Counted from the first letter of the stretch, positions 33,275 to 45,089 are shown. The stretch: 64,000 nucleotides of DNA from an uncultured Rivularia sp. (GCA_963665115.1 OY762007.1:8160001-8224000), one strand, 5' to 3'. The notes: generated by a model from the sequence alone, not told the origin. Numbers and translations are program-made.

Positions 33275-35204
33275 ATGAACAAAATATCTACTTTTAGTAT
33301 TTGTATTGCAGCAGCTAGCATTCTTGGTTTCGTTAATCTTCCGATAGTTCAAGCTCAAACTCCCGATTCACAAAATACACTACAAAAACAATCAGAAACA
33401 CAAGTGTTAGTTTCAGAAGTTACGGTTGATGGTGTAGAAGGAAATTTAGAACAAATCGTTTCTCAAGCAATTCAAACTCAAGCTGGAAAAACAATTACTC
33501 GCGCTCAATTACAGCAAGATATTAATGCCATATTTAGTACGGGCTATTTTGCAAATGTAAGAGTTGTTCCGGAAGAGACAACCGCAGGAGTTCGGATTAA
33601 ATTTGTTGTTGAACCTAACCCGGTTTTACGTGCGGTAAAGGTACAAAGCGATCGAGTATTACCTCAAGAAGTTGTAAATCAAAGCTTTAACACACAATAT
33701 GGTCAAATTCTTAATTTAAAACAATTTCAGACAGGAGTACAAAAGTTAAATAAATGGTATCAAGATAACGGTTATGTTTTAGCGCAGGTGATAGATTCTC
33801 CTAAAATTAATTCTGATGGAACTGTTATTTTGCAAGTAGCAGAAGGTGTAATAGAAGATATTAAAATACAGTTTGTCGATCCAGAGGGAGAAGAAACCAA
33901 AGGAAAGACGAAAAAATATATTATTACCCGCGAAATGCAGTTGAAACCGGGAGAAATATTTAAAAGAGAACTTGCTCAAAAAGATTTACAACGAGTTTAT
34001 GGATTGGGAATTTTTCAGGATATTAACTTGAAACTTAATCCTGCTGAAGATCCACGCAAGGTAGTTTTAGTTGTAAACGTGACGGAAGGTAGGAATTTTA
34101 GTGTATCTCCCGGCGGGGGATATAGTTCTAAGAGTGGACTTTTTGCGGCTAGTAGTTTCAATCTGAGAAATTTAAACGGTAGAAACCAAAGATTGGGAGC
34201 AGATGTTGAGTTTAGTCAAAGAGATATCGGTTTTGATGTCAATTATACCGATCCTTGGATAGCAGGAGATCCATATCGTACATCCTATAACGTTAATGGT
34301 TTTAGAAAGCGGACTTTTTCTCAAATATTTGACGGAGGAGAAACAGAAGTAGAACTAGCAAATGGCGTTAAGCGAAGCTCACCGAAGGTATCGCCCCCGC
34401 GTGTTCAAAACTGGTGGTAATATTTCTTTCCGTCGCAATCTCAGTAAAAAAGTATTTGAGAAATCGGAATGGGTGGCGAGTGCTGGTTTGAAATATCAGC
34501 GAGTTGCAATTCGCGATTCCGACGGCGATATTAATGCAAAAGATGAATTAGGTAACGATTTGAGTTTTAGCGGTGACGGTACGGACGATTTATTAACAGT
34601 ACCTCTAAGATTGGTAAGGGATAAACGTAATAATTTATTAAGCCCTACCAAAGATTCTATTTTAAGTTTGAGTACCGAGCAATCAATTCCTATTGGTGAC
34701 GCAAGTATTTTATCTAATAAGTTAATTGGTAGCTACAGCTTTTATCTTCCCACTCGTTTAACCAAATTAACTAAAGGATGTCGTCAATCAAACGAAACAT
34801 CTCAGCAATGTCCGCAAGCATTTGCGTTTAATCTTCAAGGGGGAACCGTCATCGGCGATTTACCTCCCTACGAAGCATTTTCTTTAGGTGGCGCTAACTC
34901 AGTGCGAGGATTTGGCGAAGGTGAATTAGGAAGCGCTCGTAGTTTTCTTCAAGCATCAGCGGAATATCGTTTTCCAGTATTTTCTCTACTTAGCGGTGCG
35001 TTATTTTTCGATGCTGCCACTGATTTAGGTACAGCCGATAGCGTAACTGGTAATCCTGCTGGGGCACGAGATAAACCTGGGTTAGGCTTCGGCTATGGCT
35101 TGGGAATGCGCGTAAAATCTCCCTTGGGGCCGATTCGTTTGGACTACGGTTACAACAATGATGGAGAAAGCCGAGTTCAGTTTGGGATTGGGGAGAGGTT
35201 TTGA
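33275..35204 (+). CDS. Omp85/BamA-TamA family outer-membrane protein; short insertion and apparent frameshift at ~34370
   Basis: Signal peptide, POTRA domains (DINAIFSTGYF, WYQDNGY, DLQRVYGLGIF), LGGANSVRGF, SPLGPIRLDYG, C-terminal GIGERF. Confidence 0.9.
34368..34389. mobile_element. Small dispersed repeat inserted into a HIP1 site
   Basis: GCG|ttaagcgaagctcaccgaaggt|ATCGC; removal restores GCGATCGC and the in-frame sequence NGDRPRV. Confidence 0.8.
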
Positions 35205-35649
35205 AATCTGGGGAGATGGGGAGACAAGGGGACATTATAAAAGTAGTAAGTAGTGAGTAGTGAGTAATAAGTAATAAGTAATAATTAGTGAGTGAAAATA
35301 GACGGGCAACTATGAGCGACATTTATGACAATGAGAATAAAAAGTGATCTAAGTGATTTAATTGCTACTCGCTACTCACTCCTAACTCCTAACTCCTAAC
35401 TCCTAAACCTCAATCCAAAATCCAAAATCTAAAATCCAAAATATTATTGTGGCGGTTTGTTTTTTTATAGACAAACTGCTTTTTGATTGTTAAACGAACA
35501 TTATGAGTTAAGATTGGTCGGTGAGATATGTTTGGAAAAAGTTAACCAATCTCTTGTAGGGTAGGGTTTTTATAGATTTTATGTATTCAAAAGAATAGGG
35601 AATTTAAGAAATCATTATTATTTACCTTTTTTTTATAGGGTCAAAATAT

Positions 35650-36792
35650 ATGCTAGAAAAATTATTTCGTCCGGCTCTTCAAGCAAATGAACCCTACGAA
35701 GAAGATTTTTATCACCATCCGGGAACGATACCAGGAACTCTTAATGAAGATAGAGACGCGCCACCTACAAAGGTTTCTTTAATTGACTTTAATGAAAACA
35801 AAGTTATTCCTAAACGAATTTCCAACCCAGAAGATTGTGCCATGTATCTAGATACTGAATCGGTGTCTTGGGTAGATGTGCAAGGCTTAGGTAATACAAA
35901 TATTTTGCAGCGAATTGGTAAAGTATTTGAACTACATCCTCTGGTTTTAGAAGACGTAGTAAACGTTCCAGAACGTCCGAAAATAGAGGATTACGTAGAT
36001 CAGTTGGTGATAATTTCTCGGATGGTGATGCCAACGGAAAAATCAGATGGTTTTCACAGCGAACAAGTAAGTTTTGTTTTAGGGAAAAATTATCTGCTTA
36101 CCGTACAGGAAGAACCCAGTCTTGATTGCTTTGACCCAGTACGCTTGAGAATTCGTAACAATAAAGGTATCATCCGCAAGCAGGGAGCTGATTATTTAGC
36201 TTATGCTCTTTTAGATGCAATCATTGATGGGTTTTTTCCCGTACTTGAAGATTATGGCGAACGCATTGAAGACTTAGAGGAGGAAGTAATATTAAATCCG
36301 ACTCGAAAAACACTGCAAAAAATTTATAGAATTAGGCGAGAATTGTTACAATTGCGCCGCGCTATATGGCCTCAACGTAGTGCCATAAATGCTTTGATTA
36401 GAGATAGTAACGAACTGATTAGTGATGAAGTAAGAATTTACCTCAGAGATTGTTACGATCATGCAGTGCAAGTGATGGATATGGTAGAAACTTATCGAGA
36501 ACTTGCATCGGGGCTGATGGACGTGTATCTTTCTGCAATAAGCAACAGAATGAATGAAATCATGAAGTTGCTCACGGTGTTTTCTTGGATTTTCTTACCT
36601 TTAACCTTTATTGCTGGGTTGTACGGGATGAATTTCGAGTATATGCCCGGTTTAAAAACACCTTGGGGCTTCTGGTTTTGTGTCGGCACAATGGTGGCGA
36701 TCGCAGTTGGTTTGTTAGTCTTTTTCCGGCGGAGTGGTTGGCTGGAAAGTCCTGCAAGTCTTAAAGATGTTCGAGGTGAGCGAAAATTTTAG
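35650..36792 (+). CDS. corA: Magnesium/cobalt transporter CorA
   Basis: LHPLVLEDVVN..ERPKIEDY, MNEIMKLLT, GLYGMNF. Confidence 0.95.
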   Translation: MLEKLFRPALQANEPYEEDFYHHPGTIPGTLNEDRDAPPTKVSLIDFNENKVIPKRISNPEDCAMYLDTESVSWVDVQGLGNTNILQRIGKVFELHPLVLEDVVNVPERPKIEDYVDQLVIISRMVMPTEKSDGFHSEQVSFVLGKNYLLTVQEEPSLDCFDPVRLRIRNNKGIIRKQGADYLAYALLDAIIDGFFPVLEDYGERIEDLEEEVILNPTRKTLQKIYRIRRELLQLRRAIWPQRSAINALIRDSNELISDEVRIYLRDCYDHAVQVMDMVETYRELASGLMDVYLSAISNRMNEIMKLLTVFSWIFLPLTFIAGLYGMNFEYMPGLKTPWGFWFCVGTMVAIAVGLLVFFRRSGWLESPASLKDVRGERKF

Positions 36793-36812
36793 AGGGGTAA
36801 CATAAACGAGAT

Positions 36813-37529
36813 ATGCAACAATCGACGAGTCCTAATTTACTTGCACTGACGCTTTATATGATCGGTGTCAGTTATACATTAAACTTAATGGTCGAATCAA
36901 TCGACGAACAAATTAAGTTTGTCTATGATAAAGCAACTGTTGACAAGCAGTTAAAAGAACAAGAACTTGATGATAAGGTTTCTATAGCTTTTAAACTTAA
37001 GCCTTCTTACGATATTGATGGTTTGAAAGATTTGCTAATTATCCTTAGCAATCAATCAGAGAATCTTGCAGTATATATTGATTGGGACAACTGTTCTTTT
37101 GTTGTAAAACACAAAAACATATCGCGTCGAGTCATTCGTAAATCACCCGACGTGTCAAGAGATTTAGGCGTACCTCAAAGCCCCAGTTTGGTTGCTCCCT
37201 CTCAAAAACTCATAGAAGGCATTACTACTGAAGATGTGTTTGCAAGAAATCTAGAAAAAGGAGTATATGAAGCCAACAAAGCTTTAGTCAATATAATTGG
37301 ACTTAAAGATAGTCCAGTAAGAGCGCAAAGAAAATTATACAAAAAATTTATCAGCAGAAGAGAACAGCTCGAATGTTCTCTACAATTAGTGCTGCGATTT
37401 TCAGAACTGCGTGTGGGATTAACCCCTGGTGAAAATGTTCCTCCCATGTCCATTATTACTTGTCCTTTTATAATTAGAAAACTTCCTTGGACTTATGCCT
37501 TACCTTGGAATAAAAAGAGAAAAAAATAA
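36813..37529 (+). CDS. Hypothetical protein
   Basis: 238 aa ORF directly after corA. Confidence 0.65.
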   Translation: MQQSTSPNLLALTLYMIGVSYTLNLMVESIDEQIKFVYDKATVDKQLKEQELDDKVSIAFKLKPSYDIDGLKDLLIILSNQSENLAVYIDWDNCSFVVKHKNISRRVIRKSPDVSRDLGVPQSPSLVAPSQKLIEGITTEDVFARNLEKGVYEANKALVNIIGLKDSPVRAQRKLYKKFISRREQLECSLQLVLRFSELRVGLTPGENVPPMSIITCPFIIRKLPWTYALPWNKKRKK

Positions 37530-37575
37530 TCATCATAAGTCAAAGCTAATATCAAAGCTAAACTAGAATGTTATG

Positions 37576-38027
37576 AGAGAGTTGGCGAGGCGGTTGCAGG
37601 TTAGTTTGAAAAAAAAACTAATTTGAGGAAAGTCCGGGCTTCCGAAAGACCAAACTTGCTGGGTAACGCCCAGTGCGTGCGAGCGTGAGGATAGTGCCAC
37701 AGAAAAATACCGCCTTTTCAATGAACAATCAAAAATTATCAATCAACGGTGAAAACTGAAAACTGATAATTGAAAATTGACAATTGCAAAAGGTAAGGGT
37801 GCAAAGGTGAGGTAAGAGCTCACCAGCAGCATCGAGAGGTGCTGGCTCGGTAAACCCCGGTTGGAAGCAAGGTGAGAGGAGCTATGGTTGGTCTTTTACC
37901 AGTTCCGCTTTATGAGAGCCGCTTGAGGCGTTTGGCAACAAACGTCCCAGATAGATAACTGCCCTTGAGATTCGGAGAGAAATTTCCGCATTTTTTAGAA
38001 CAGAACCCGGCTTATGTCCGACTCTCT
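37576..38027 (+). ncRNA. rnpB: RNase P RNA, class A
   Basis: GAGGAAAGTCCGGGCT, AGTGCCACAGAAA, AAGGGTGCAAAGG, GGTAAACCCCG, AGATAGATAAC, ACAGAACCCGGCTTA; P1 agagagttgg/ccgactctct. Confidence 0.97.
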
Positions 38028-38158
38028 TCCACCTTTTTTGGAATTTTGGATTTTGCATTGAAATAGTTAGGAGTTAAAAGTTAAAAGTTAGAAGTTAGAA
38101 GTTAGAAGTTAAGAGTTATAAAATAAAAATATTTAACTAGCTATTAATATTATCAATC

Positions 38159-38222
38159 CCCCATTCCCAATCCCCAATCCCCAATCCCCAATCCCCAATT
38201 ACCAATTACCAATTACCAATTG
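38159..38222. repeat. STRR heptamer array (CCCCAAT)n then (TACCAAT)n
   Basis: Visible tandem heptamers directly before rnc. Confidence 0.85.
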
Positions 38223-38226
38223 ATTG

Positions 38227-38938
38227 ATGTCTGTTATTTATCCGCGTCGTCAGCGACAACTTGAGAGTTTGATTAAAAAGCTGGGTTTATCAGTAAAAGC
38301 GCCTATTAAATGGGAATTGCTGGACTTGGCGCTGACTCATCCGTCTATTTCTGAGTCGGCTAATTACGAACAACTTGAGTTTGTTGGAGATGCGGTGGTA
38401 CGTTTGGTGGCTGCTCTGGTACTCTGGGAAGATTTTAATGACGCTCGCGTAGGAGATTTTGCTGCAATTCGTTCGGTATTAGTTAGCGATCGAATTCTTG
38501 CTCAATTAGCTGGCTCTTACGGTTTGGAGCTACATTTATTGGTTGCTGGTAGTGCTTACGGAGATAGAGCAGGGCAAGAATCTAGATTAGCCGATGCTTT
38601 TGAAGCAGTTTTGGGTGCGCTTTATTTAAGTACTAATAATTTGGAATTGATTCGCTCTTGGTTAGATCCTCATTTTAAACAACTCGCTACAGAAATTAGT
38701 TTAGATCCAGCAAGACAAAATTATAAAGCTGCTCTACAGGAATGGACTCAGGGAGAATATAAAACCTTACCTGAATATCGCGTGACTCAACTCGCTTCAC
38801 CTCAGCACGATCGCGAACGCTTCCAAGCTGAGGTTTGGCTGCACGATAAAAAATTAGGTTCAGGTAAGGGACGTTTCTATTAAAACTGCCGAGCAAGCTG
38901 CCGCGAAAATGGCTTTCATGGCAATTCAGCCTCAGTAA
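38227..38938 (+). CDS. rnc: Ribonuclease III; apparent frameshift at ~38875
   Basis: ALTHPS, NYEQLEFVGDAV, LADAFEAVLGALY, dsRBD NYKAALQEW...G.GR/SIKTAEQAAA. Confidence 0.93.
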
Positions 38939-39129
38939 TAATACTGCACTCAAATTGGTGTTTAATAAGCTATTGATTGTAAAGTTGTTATATATTTATA
39001 TTTTAGATTTATAAAGATTCTTCAGTCGTATTCTTTGATTAATTCCGATGGAATGTAGAGACGTTATACATAACGTCTCCCAACAATTTTGAGAAAAACG
39101 AATCCATAAAATTTAATGCAATCGATCGC

Positions 39130-39300
39130 TAGTACTTAACCACATCAATTTTGCTAGGTAAAACATTTGTAGTGGGAGCGTCTCGCTCCCTCGTTACAAC
39201 CAGCGAGCGAGACGTATGTCCTTGCGGACACACTGAGCCGCACTTCGTGAACGTTAACGCACTCCCGGATACCCATCAAAACTTATGTGGCGGAATACTA
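39130..39300. mobile_element. MITE-like composite repeat
   Basis: 40 bp at 39169-39208 identical to 26774-26813; both are followed by aacttatgtgg...aatacta. Confidence 0.65.
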
Positions 39301-39507
39301 ATAGTTGATTGTATAAATTATGAAGGGTTCGTTTTCGACCTAACGTCGGGAGACGTAGCACTGCTACGTCTCTACAACCCATTAAAACAAATGAAAAGGA
39401 CTACTAATAGTTGATTGTATAAATTCTGAAGGGTTCGTTTTTCCCGTAACCTTCGGGAGACGTTATGTATAACGTCTCTACAACCCCTCAGAACTAATGA
39501 AAAGGAA
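39296..39507. repeat. Tandem duplication of a 106-bp unit, each copy carrying a REP-like palindrome
   Basis: Units start tactaatagttgattgtataaatt at 39296 and 39402. Confidence 0.85.
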
Positions 39508-39542
39508 TACTAATTATCGCAACTAATAACTAATAACTAAGT

Positions 39543-40595
39543 ATGACTAATTCAATAAAAGTGGCTGTGGTTGGAGTTGGACGTTGGGGCGTTCATTTAT
39601 TGAGGAATTTTTTAGAGCATCCCCAGGTAGAAGTTGTGGCGGTAGTAGATCCAAATTCTGAATGCTTAGCGAAAGTAGAACGGCAATATGATTTAGGAAA
39701 AAATTCGGGAAAAAATGTTTTATTAACTACCGAATGGCAGAAACTTCAACAGCTATCTGAATTAAATGCGGTAGTAATTGCCACTCCTGCCGTTACCCAT
39801 TATTCCTTGATTAAGGATGCTTTAAATTGGGGATGTCATGTTTTAGCAGAAAAACCTCTAACTATTAACCCCTCAGAATGTCGCCAGTTATGTGAATTAG
39901 CCGAAAAACAGCAGTTGATTCTGATGGTGGATCACACCTACTTATTTCATCCAGTTGTAGAAAAAGGACAAGCAGTATTGCAAGACGGTGCTGTGGGAGA
40001 TTTACGCTACGGTTACGCGACTCGTACCCATTTAGGACCAGTACGCCAGGATGTTGATGCGCTATGGGATTTAGCTATTCACGATATAGCTATTTTTAAT
40101 AATTGGCTGGGTGAATTACCAGTCACTGCTCAAGCAACGGGTAAAGCTTGGCTACAACAACAAGCTCCTCATTCCCTATCCGATTTAGTCCAGGTAACGC
40201 TAACTTATCCCTCGGGTTTCCAAGCATTCATTCATCTATGTTGGCTCAATCCCGATAAGCAACGGCGTTTGGTAGTTGTAGGTAGTCAAGGTAGCTTAAT
40301 TTTCGATGAAATGTTAACGGATAAGCCTTTAACGTTAATGCAGGGTGAGTTTGAACGTCAGGAAAATCGCTTTATCCCTGTAAATCAACAGCAAAAAGCT
40401 TTAGAAATCGAAAAAGGGGAACCACTAAGACGAGTTTGCAACAGTTTTATTGAATGCATCGAGCAAAATACTCCGTCATCAATTTCATCAGGCTGGGTAG
40501 GTACGGAGCTAGTAGAAATTCTCACCGCTCTGACTCAATCCTTGGAAGCAGGAGGCGAAACTATTTCTATACAAAATAACGATAAACGGGAATAA
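39543..40595 (+). CDS. Gfo/Idh/MocA family oxidoreductase
   Basis: VAVVGVGRWG, IATPA.TH, LAEKP, WDLAIHD. Confidence 0.9.
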   Translation: MTNSIKVAVVGVGRWGVHLLRNFLEHPQVEVVAVVDPNSECLAKVERQYDLGKNSGKNVLLTTEWQKLQQLSELNAVVIATPAVTHYSLIKDALNWGCHVLAEKPLTINPSECRQLCELAEKQQLILMVDHTYLFHPVVEKGQAVLQDGAVGDLRYGYATRTHLGPVRQDVDALWDLAIHDIAIFNNWLGELPVTAQATGKAWLQQQAPHSLSDLVQVTLTYPSGFQAFIHLCWLNPDKQRRLVVVGSQGSLIFDEMLTDKPLTLMQGEFERQENRFIPVNQQQKALEIEKGEPLRRVCNSFIECIEQNTPSSISSGWVGTELVEILTALTQSLEAGGETISIQNNDKRE

Positions 40596-40659
40596 AATTC
40601 TTGTGGGATGGAGAGCAGCGCGTTACTGGCATTACACTTAATCGCAAACCGCTATATTG

Positions 40660-42579
40660 CTATTTTAAGTTGCCTTGAATAGTAGCTTGTGGTACTTTAC
40701 CATTCCCATTTACAGTATCAATTTTATTCTCGCTATCTATTAAAGGTAAAGTAATTTTAACCGTAGTGCCTTGGTTAATCCCCGGACTTTCAAGAGTTAT
40801 CGCGCCTCCCATCAATTCGATTAAGTTACGTGAAATTGCTAGTCCCAAACCCGTACCGTTATACTTGCGTGTAGTGGCTCCATCCACCATCACGAAGGGG
40901 CGAAATAGTTTTTGCTGTTGTTCGGTATCGATACCTATACCTGTATCTTTAACAGCAACCGTTACCCAGGATTTATTGTTACGATTTTGAATTTCTGTGG
41001 TTATGGTAATGCTTCCTGCTTCAGTAAACTTTGTTGCGTTACCAATCACGTTGATTAAAACTTGCTTGAGCTTTGCTGTATCTGCATTCACTCGAATTTG
41101 CTTTTCTAAAATAGGAGCATTCAACTGCAAACCTCTTTGCCGAATATTCAGCGATTGCAGGCTAATTACTTCATTAATTACTTGACAAAAGTCTATTGGT
41201 TTGATTGCGACTGAAAGCTTACCCGCTTCGATACTAGAAATATCAAGCAAGTCATTAATGATACCTAATAAATGAATCGCGGTTTCATCCGCACGCTTGA
41301 GAAACTCTTTTTCTTCTTCTCTATCGTCACACATATCATCCCGAACCAAACGTATGGAGTTGATGATGATGTTTAAGGGGTTTCTCAACTCGTGGGAAGT
41401 TGTAGCCAAAAAATGACTTTTACTTTGATTTGCAGTTTTTGCATCTTTCCAAGCAATTTCTAACTCTTCAGACCATGCTTTGAGTCTTTCAACCATTTGG
41501 AAGACAGCTTGCGCTAACTGATTGAATTCTCGGATGTTGAAATCATGCAGAACGGGGGAAGAATTATCTGATAAATGAAGATTCAAAGCATAATCGCGTA
41601 GTTGTTCTACTGGACGGGCTAAGTAACGAGCCACGTACAGCGATGCAAGTAAAGTCGCACCAATTAAGCCAACTGTTAAAACAAATAAAATTAACTTGAT
41701 TTCTTTCAAGCCGACCAAAGCATTATCTAAGCTCGTAACGGCTAATATTACCCATTTTTGCCCGCCATCATCAACTGGGCTGTCAATAGCTGTATATCCA
41801 GCAAGTAACTGCTTGTCTTCTTCAAAAAACAAATCTGAAGCTTCTTCATCTCCGGATATAGCATTTTTAACAATCTGCTCTAACTTTTTTCCATCTGAAT
41901 GTTCGGCGATGTTGGTACCTACTCGTTGAAAAATCGGGTGTGCCAAAATTGTCCCGTTTTCTGCAATTACTACCGTAGAACCTGTTAATAATCCAGGATT
42001 ATTTGTAATTTTTTCGTGCAGTAGTTGCGACTGCATACTTAAGGTATAACGTAATTTACCTTGAGTATCGTAGACCGGAGAAGACAAGTTTAGCTCTAGG
42101 TTTGAGGGCTGATTTTCTAGACTATTTGTTCTAATTTTTGCAGGTAAAATAGGTTCAATTTTAACTTTATTTCTCGATGCCGAAAAATTATTAAAACTAG
42201 TCAATTGTTTACCACAATTTCCAGCAATAATATTGTTGCTACTCGGGTTTGTCAATTGAATGCATTTTATCTGTCTGGGAAATTCTTTCGCTAACTGAGT
42301 AACAAATTGTTGTACCAACTGAGGCTGACCCGATTGAAGAACCGTAGTTTGGGAAGCAACAAATAGATTACTTTTGAGCGCATCAATAGTATCGACAATA
42401 CTCTCTCCTTTAAGAATCGCACTTTCAGTTAAATTCTGATGGGCAATTTCTATTAGGCTAGAACGTGCTTTTTTATAGCCGACAAACTCACCTATCAATA
42501 AGACTGGTACTGATAGCAATAATATCTTGGATATTAGAATTCGGCGAAATGATGATTGACGAAAATTCACCATTGGCAT
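40660..42579 (-). CDS. Cache/HAMP sensor histidine kinase
   Basis: Two TM segments, ILAHP Cache motif, SHELRNPL, QVLINVIGNA.KFT, DTGIG, GTGLGL. Confidence 0.92.
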   Translation of the reverse strand: MPMVNFRQSSFRRILISKILLLSVPVLLIGEFVGYKKARSSLIEIAHQNLTESAILKGESIVDTIDALKSNLFVASQTTVLQSGQPQLVQQFVTQLAKEFPRQIKCIQLTNPSSNNIIAGNCGKQLTSFNNFSASRNKVKIEPILPAKIRTNSLENQPSNLELNLSSPVYDTQGKLRYTLSMQSQLLHEKITNNPGLLTGSTVVIAENGTILAHPIFQRVGTNIAEHSDGKKLEQIVKNAISGDEEASDLFFEEDKQLLAGYTAIDSPVDDGGQKWVILAVTSLDNALVGLKEIKLILFVLTVGLIGATLLASLYVARYLARPVEQLRDYALNLHLSDNSSPVLHDFNIREFNQLAQAVFQMVERLKAWSEELEIAWKDAKTANQSKSHFLATTSHELRNPLNIIINSIRLVRDDMCDDREEEKEFLKRADETAIHLLGIINDLLDISSIEAGKLSVAIKPIDFCQVINEVISLQSLNIRQRGLQLNAPILEKQIRVNADTAKLKQVLINVIGNATKFTEAGSITITTEIQNRNNKSWVTVAVKDTGIGIDTEQQQKLFRPFVMVDGATTRKYNGTGLGLAISRNLIELMGGAITLESPGINQGTTVKITLPLIDSENKIDTVNGNGKVPQATIQGNLK

Positions 42580-43002
42580 TCTCTGATAAGTATTTGATCT
42601 TCAAACGTTAAAATAAATGTGATTTAACAAGTTAATATACTTCTATTATTAAGTTTATTATTCCGGTGGAGTCAAGTTATTAGATTGCTGTCAACAAGAA
42701 ATAACTGTGAGATACCAAATTTTATCGGCAAGAATAAAAATTTCTATAATTCGGTAGTTGCTAATTGGGACATCTTTGTTACACTTTATTAACCTTCACA
42801 TTTCAGATGAGTATTGAAATAAATATGATATAATTAATACCCTTGCTACAAGAGTATTGTTTGTTGTATGGCAATTATGCTTTGAACTTTATCGCACCAA
42901 TCTAACTTTATTACATGTAATAAATATCAGCTATACAAGTTTTCTATTTATTGATGTTACTCGTTCAGAAAATATCAATATCGTAATCGAAGCATAATTT
43001 TC

Positions 43003-43698
43003 ATGACAAAACAATCTCGTCCTCAGACCATAATCGTCTTGGCAATGAGTGCAGATGGGAAAATAGCAGATGTTACTCGTTCTCCAGCTAGATTCGGTTC
43101 AAAGAATGATAAAACACACCTAGAAAAACAAATTGCGACAAAGGATGCTGTTTTATTCGGTGCTGGTACTTTACGCGCTTACGGTACAACTTTAACTGTA
43201 TCGCATCCAGACCTATTACAGCATCGAAAATGCAATGGTAAGCCACCCCAACCCGTTCATATCGTTATTTCTGATTCAGGTAAGTTAAATCCAGGTTTAC
43301 GCTTTTTTCAACAGCCAGTTGAACGTTGGTTAATTTCAACAGCTACAGGAGCGAATTTTTGGCAAACAAGACCGGAATTTGAACGTATATTAGTATTTGA
43401 TACGCCCGCAGGAAAAATTGATCTTCATGCAGCGTTAAACTATTTGACTACCCAAGGTATAGCACAATTAGGAATTTTAGGTGGCGGAAACTTGGTAGCG
43501 AATCTTTTAGAGCTAAATTTGATTGATGAAATTTGGCTGACTATCTGTCCCTTAATTTTAGGTGGTCAAAATGCTCCGACTCCAGTTGAAGGTTGCGGAT
43601 TTTTAGCGAAACTTGCTCCACGCTTGCAACTGATGGAAGTTCGTACTGAAAACCAAGAAGTATTTCTTCACTATTTGCTGCAACAATTGCCAGATTAG
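43003..43698 (+). CDS. RibD C-terminal reductase-like protein
   Basis: LAMSADGKIA, DAVLFGAGT, LGGG.L, IDEIWLTICPLILGG. Confidence 0.85.
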   Translation: MTKQSRPQTIIVLAMSADGKIADVTRSPARFGSKNDKTHLEKQIATKDAVLFGAGTLRAYGTTLTVSHPDLLQHRKCNGKPPQPVHIVISDSGKLNPGLRFFQQPVERWLISTATGANFWQTRPEFERILVFDTPAGKIDLHAALNYLTTQGIAQLGILGGGNLVANLLELNLIDEIWLTICPLILGGQNAPTPVEGCGFLAKLAPRLQLMEVRTENQEVFLHYLLQQLPD

Positions 43699-43731
43699 AC
43701 TACGCTGTAGAAAGCTTTTGCCGCTAGTTTT

Positions 43732-44926
43732 GTGTCTTTAACTCCGATGGTGGAAAAAATTAAGTCGAGTTATTCCCTAACCTGGATCGATAAAGTTGCT
43801 GAAGTACCCAAAAACGCTTGGAATGCTTTGGCTATTCCACTTCAGACTCCTTTTTTTGAATGGGATTGGTTAAACAATCTTGAAGTTTCTCAAAGCGCTA
43901 CAGCCAAGAGTGGTTGGTTGCCCAATCACTTAACTTTATGGCGAGATAAAACGCTAATTGCTATTGCTCCACTTTATCTCAAAGGACATAGCTATGGAGA
44001 ATTTGTCTTCGATCATCAGTGGGCAGAGTTAGCTTACCGTATTGGCGTAGAATATTACCCCAAAATGCTGGGAATGTCGCCGTTTACCCCAGCCGAAGGT
44101 TATCGATTTTTGATCGCACCAGGGGAAGACGAAGATGAAATCACTTCCTTAATGCTGCATGAAATAGATTCTTTTTGTAAAAAGCAGCGTATCAGTGGCT
44201 GTAATTTTTTGTATGTAGACCCCCGATTTTCGTCCAGTATTGGAACGTCAGGGTTTTACAGCTTGGTTGCACCACAATTATGTTTGGCAAAATCATGACT
44301 TTACAAGTTTCGATGATTATTTACGTGCATTTAATGCCAATCAGCGTCGCAATATCAAACGCGAACGAAAGGCTGTAGCAAAAGCCGGTTTGGAAGTAAA
44401 AGCACTTAGTGGTGATGATATTCCCCAAGAATTATTTCCTTTGATGTACGATTTTTATGCCGACACCTGCGATAAATTTGGTTGGTGGGGTAGCAAATAT
44501 CTGACAAAACAGTTTTTTGAATCGCTATACGAAAACTATCGCGATCGAGTCGTATTCTTCGCAGCTTATAGCGAACAAGACAACAGCCAACCTGTAGGAA
44601 TGTCATTTTGCTTATACAAAGACGATAAAATGTACGGTCGGTATTGGGGTAGTTTGCAAGAGATCGATTGTCTACACTTTGATGCTTGCTATTATTCACC
44701 CATTGAATGGGCTATTCAAAACAATATTCAAGTATTTGACCCCGGTGCTGGTGGACGGCACAAAAAGCGTCGTGGCTTCCCAGCAACTCCAAACTACAGC
44801 TTACATCGTTTCTACGACAATCGTTTAGGACAAATACTCCGTCGCTACATCAGCGAAGTCAACGAACTCGAACAAAAAGAAATTGAAGCAATTAATGAGG
44901 AAATTCCTTTTGTAATTAAGAGTTAG
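43732..44926 (+). CDS. FemAB-like/GNAT protein (DUF482 type); apparent frameshift at ~44222
   Basis: PLYLKGHSYGEFVFDHQWA, YYPK..GMSPFTP, RRNIKRERK, YGRYWG, LHFDACYY, GA.G.HK..RGF. Confidence 0.88.
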
Positions 44927-45089
44927 TTGTTAGTTGTTAATGGGCATGGGGACATTCTAAAAGTAGCGAGTAGTGAGTAGCAAGTAGCGAACCAGCGGTT
45001 TAACAGCCCTATTACAACAACGTAGGACAAAGTAATTTACTTACTACTTGCTACTCCTAACTCCTAACTCTTAACTATTGACTGTTTAC

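Noticed and set aside
39151..39414. 87-aa ORF, and similar short ORFs at 18348, 26919, 34990, 58381, 60639 and 60674
   Set aside because: They lie largely within repeats or MITEs and translate repeat sequence
39296..39510. Possible CRISPR array
   Set aside because: Only two 106-bp units, no unique spacers, no cas genes; it is a REP-containing duplication
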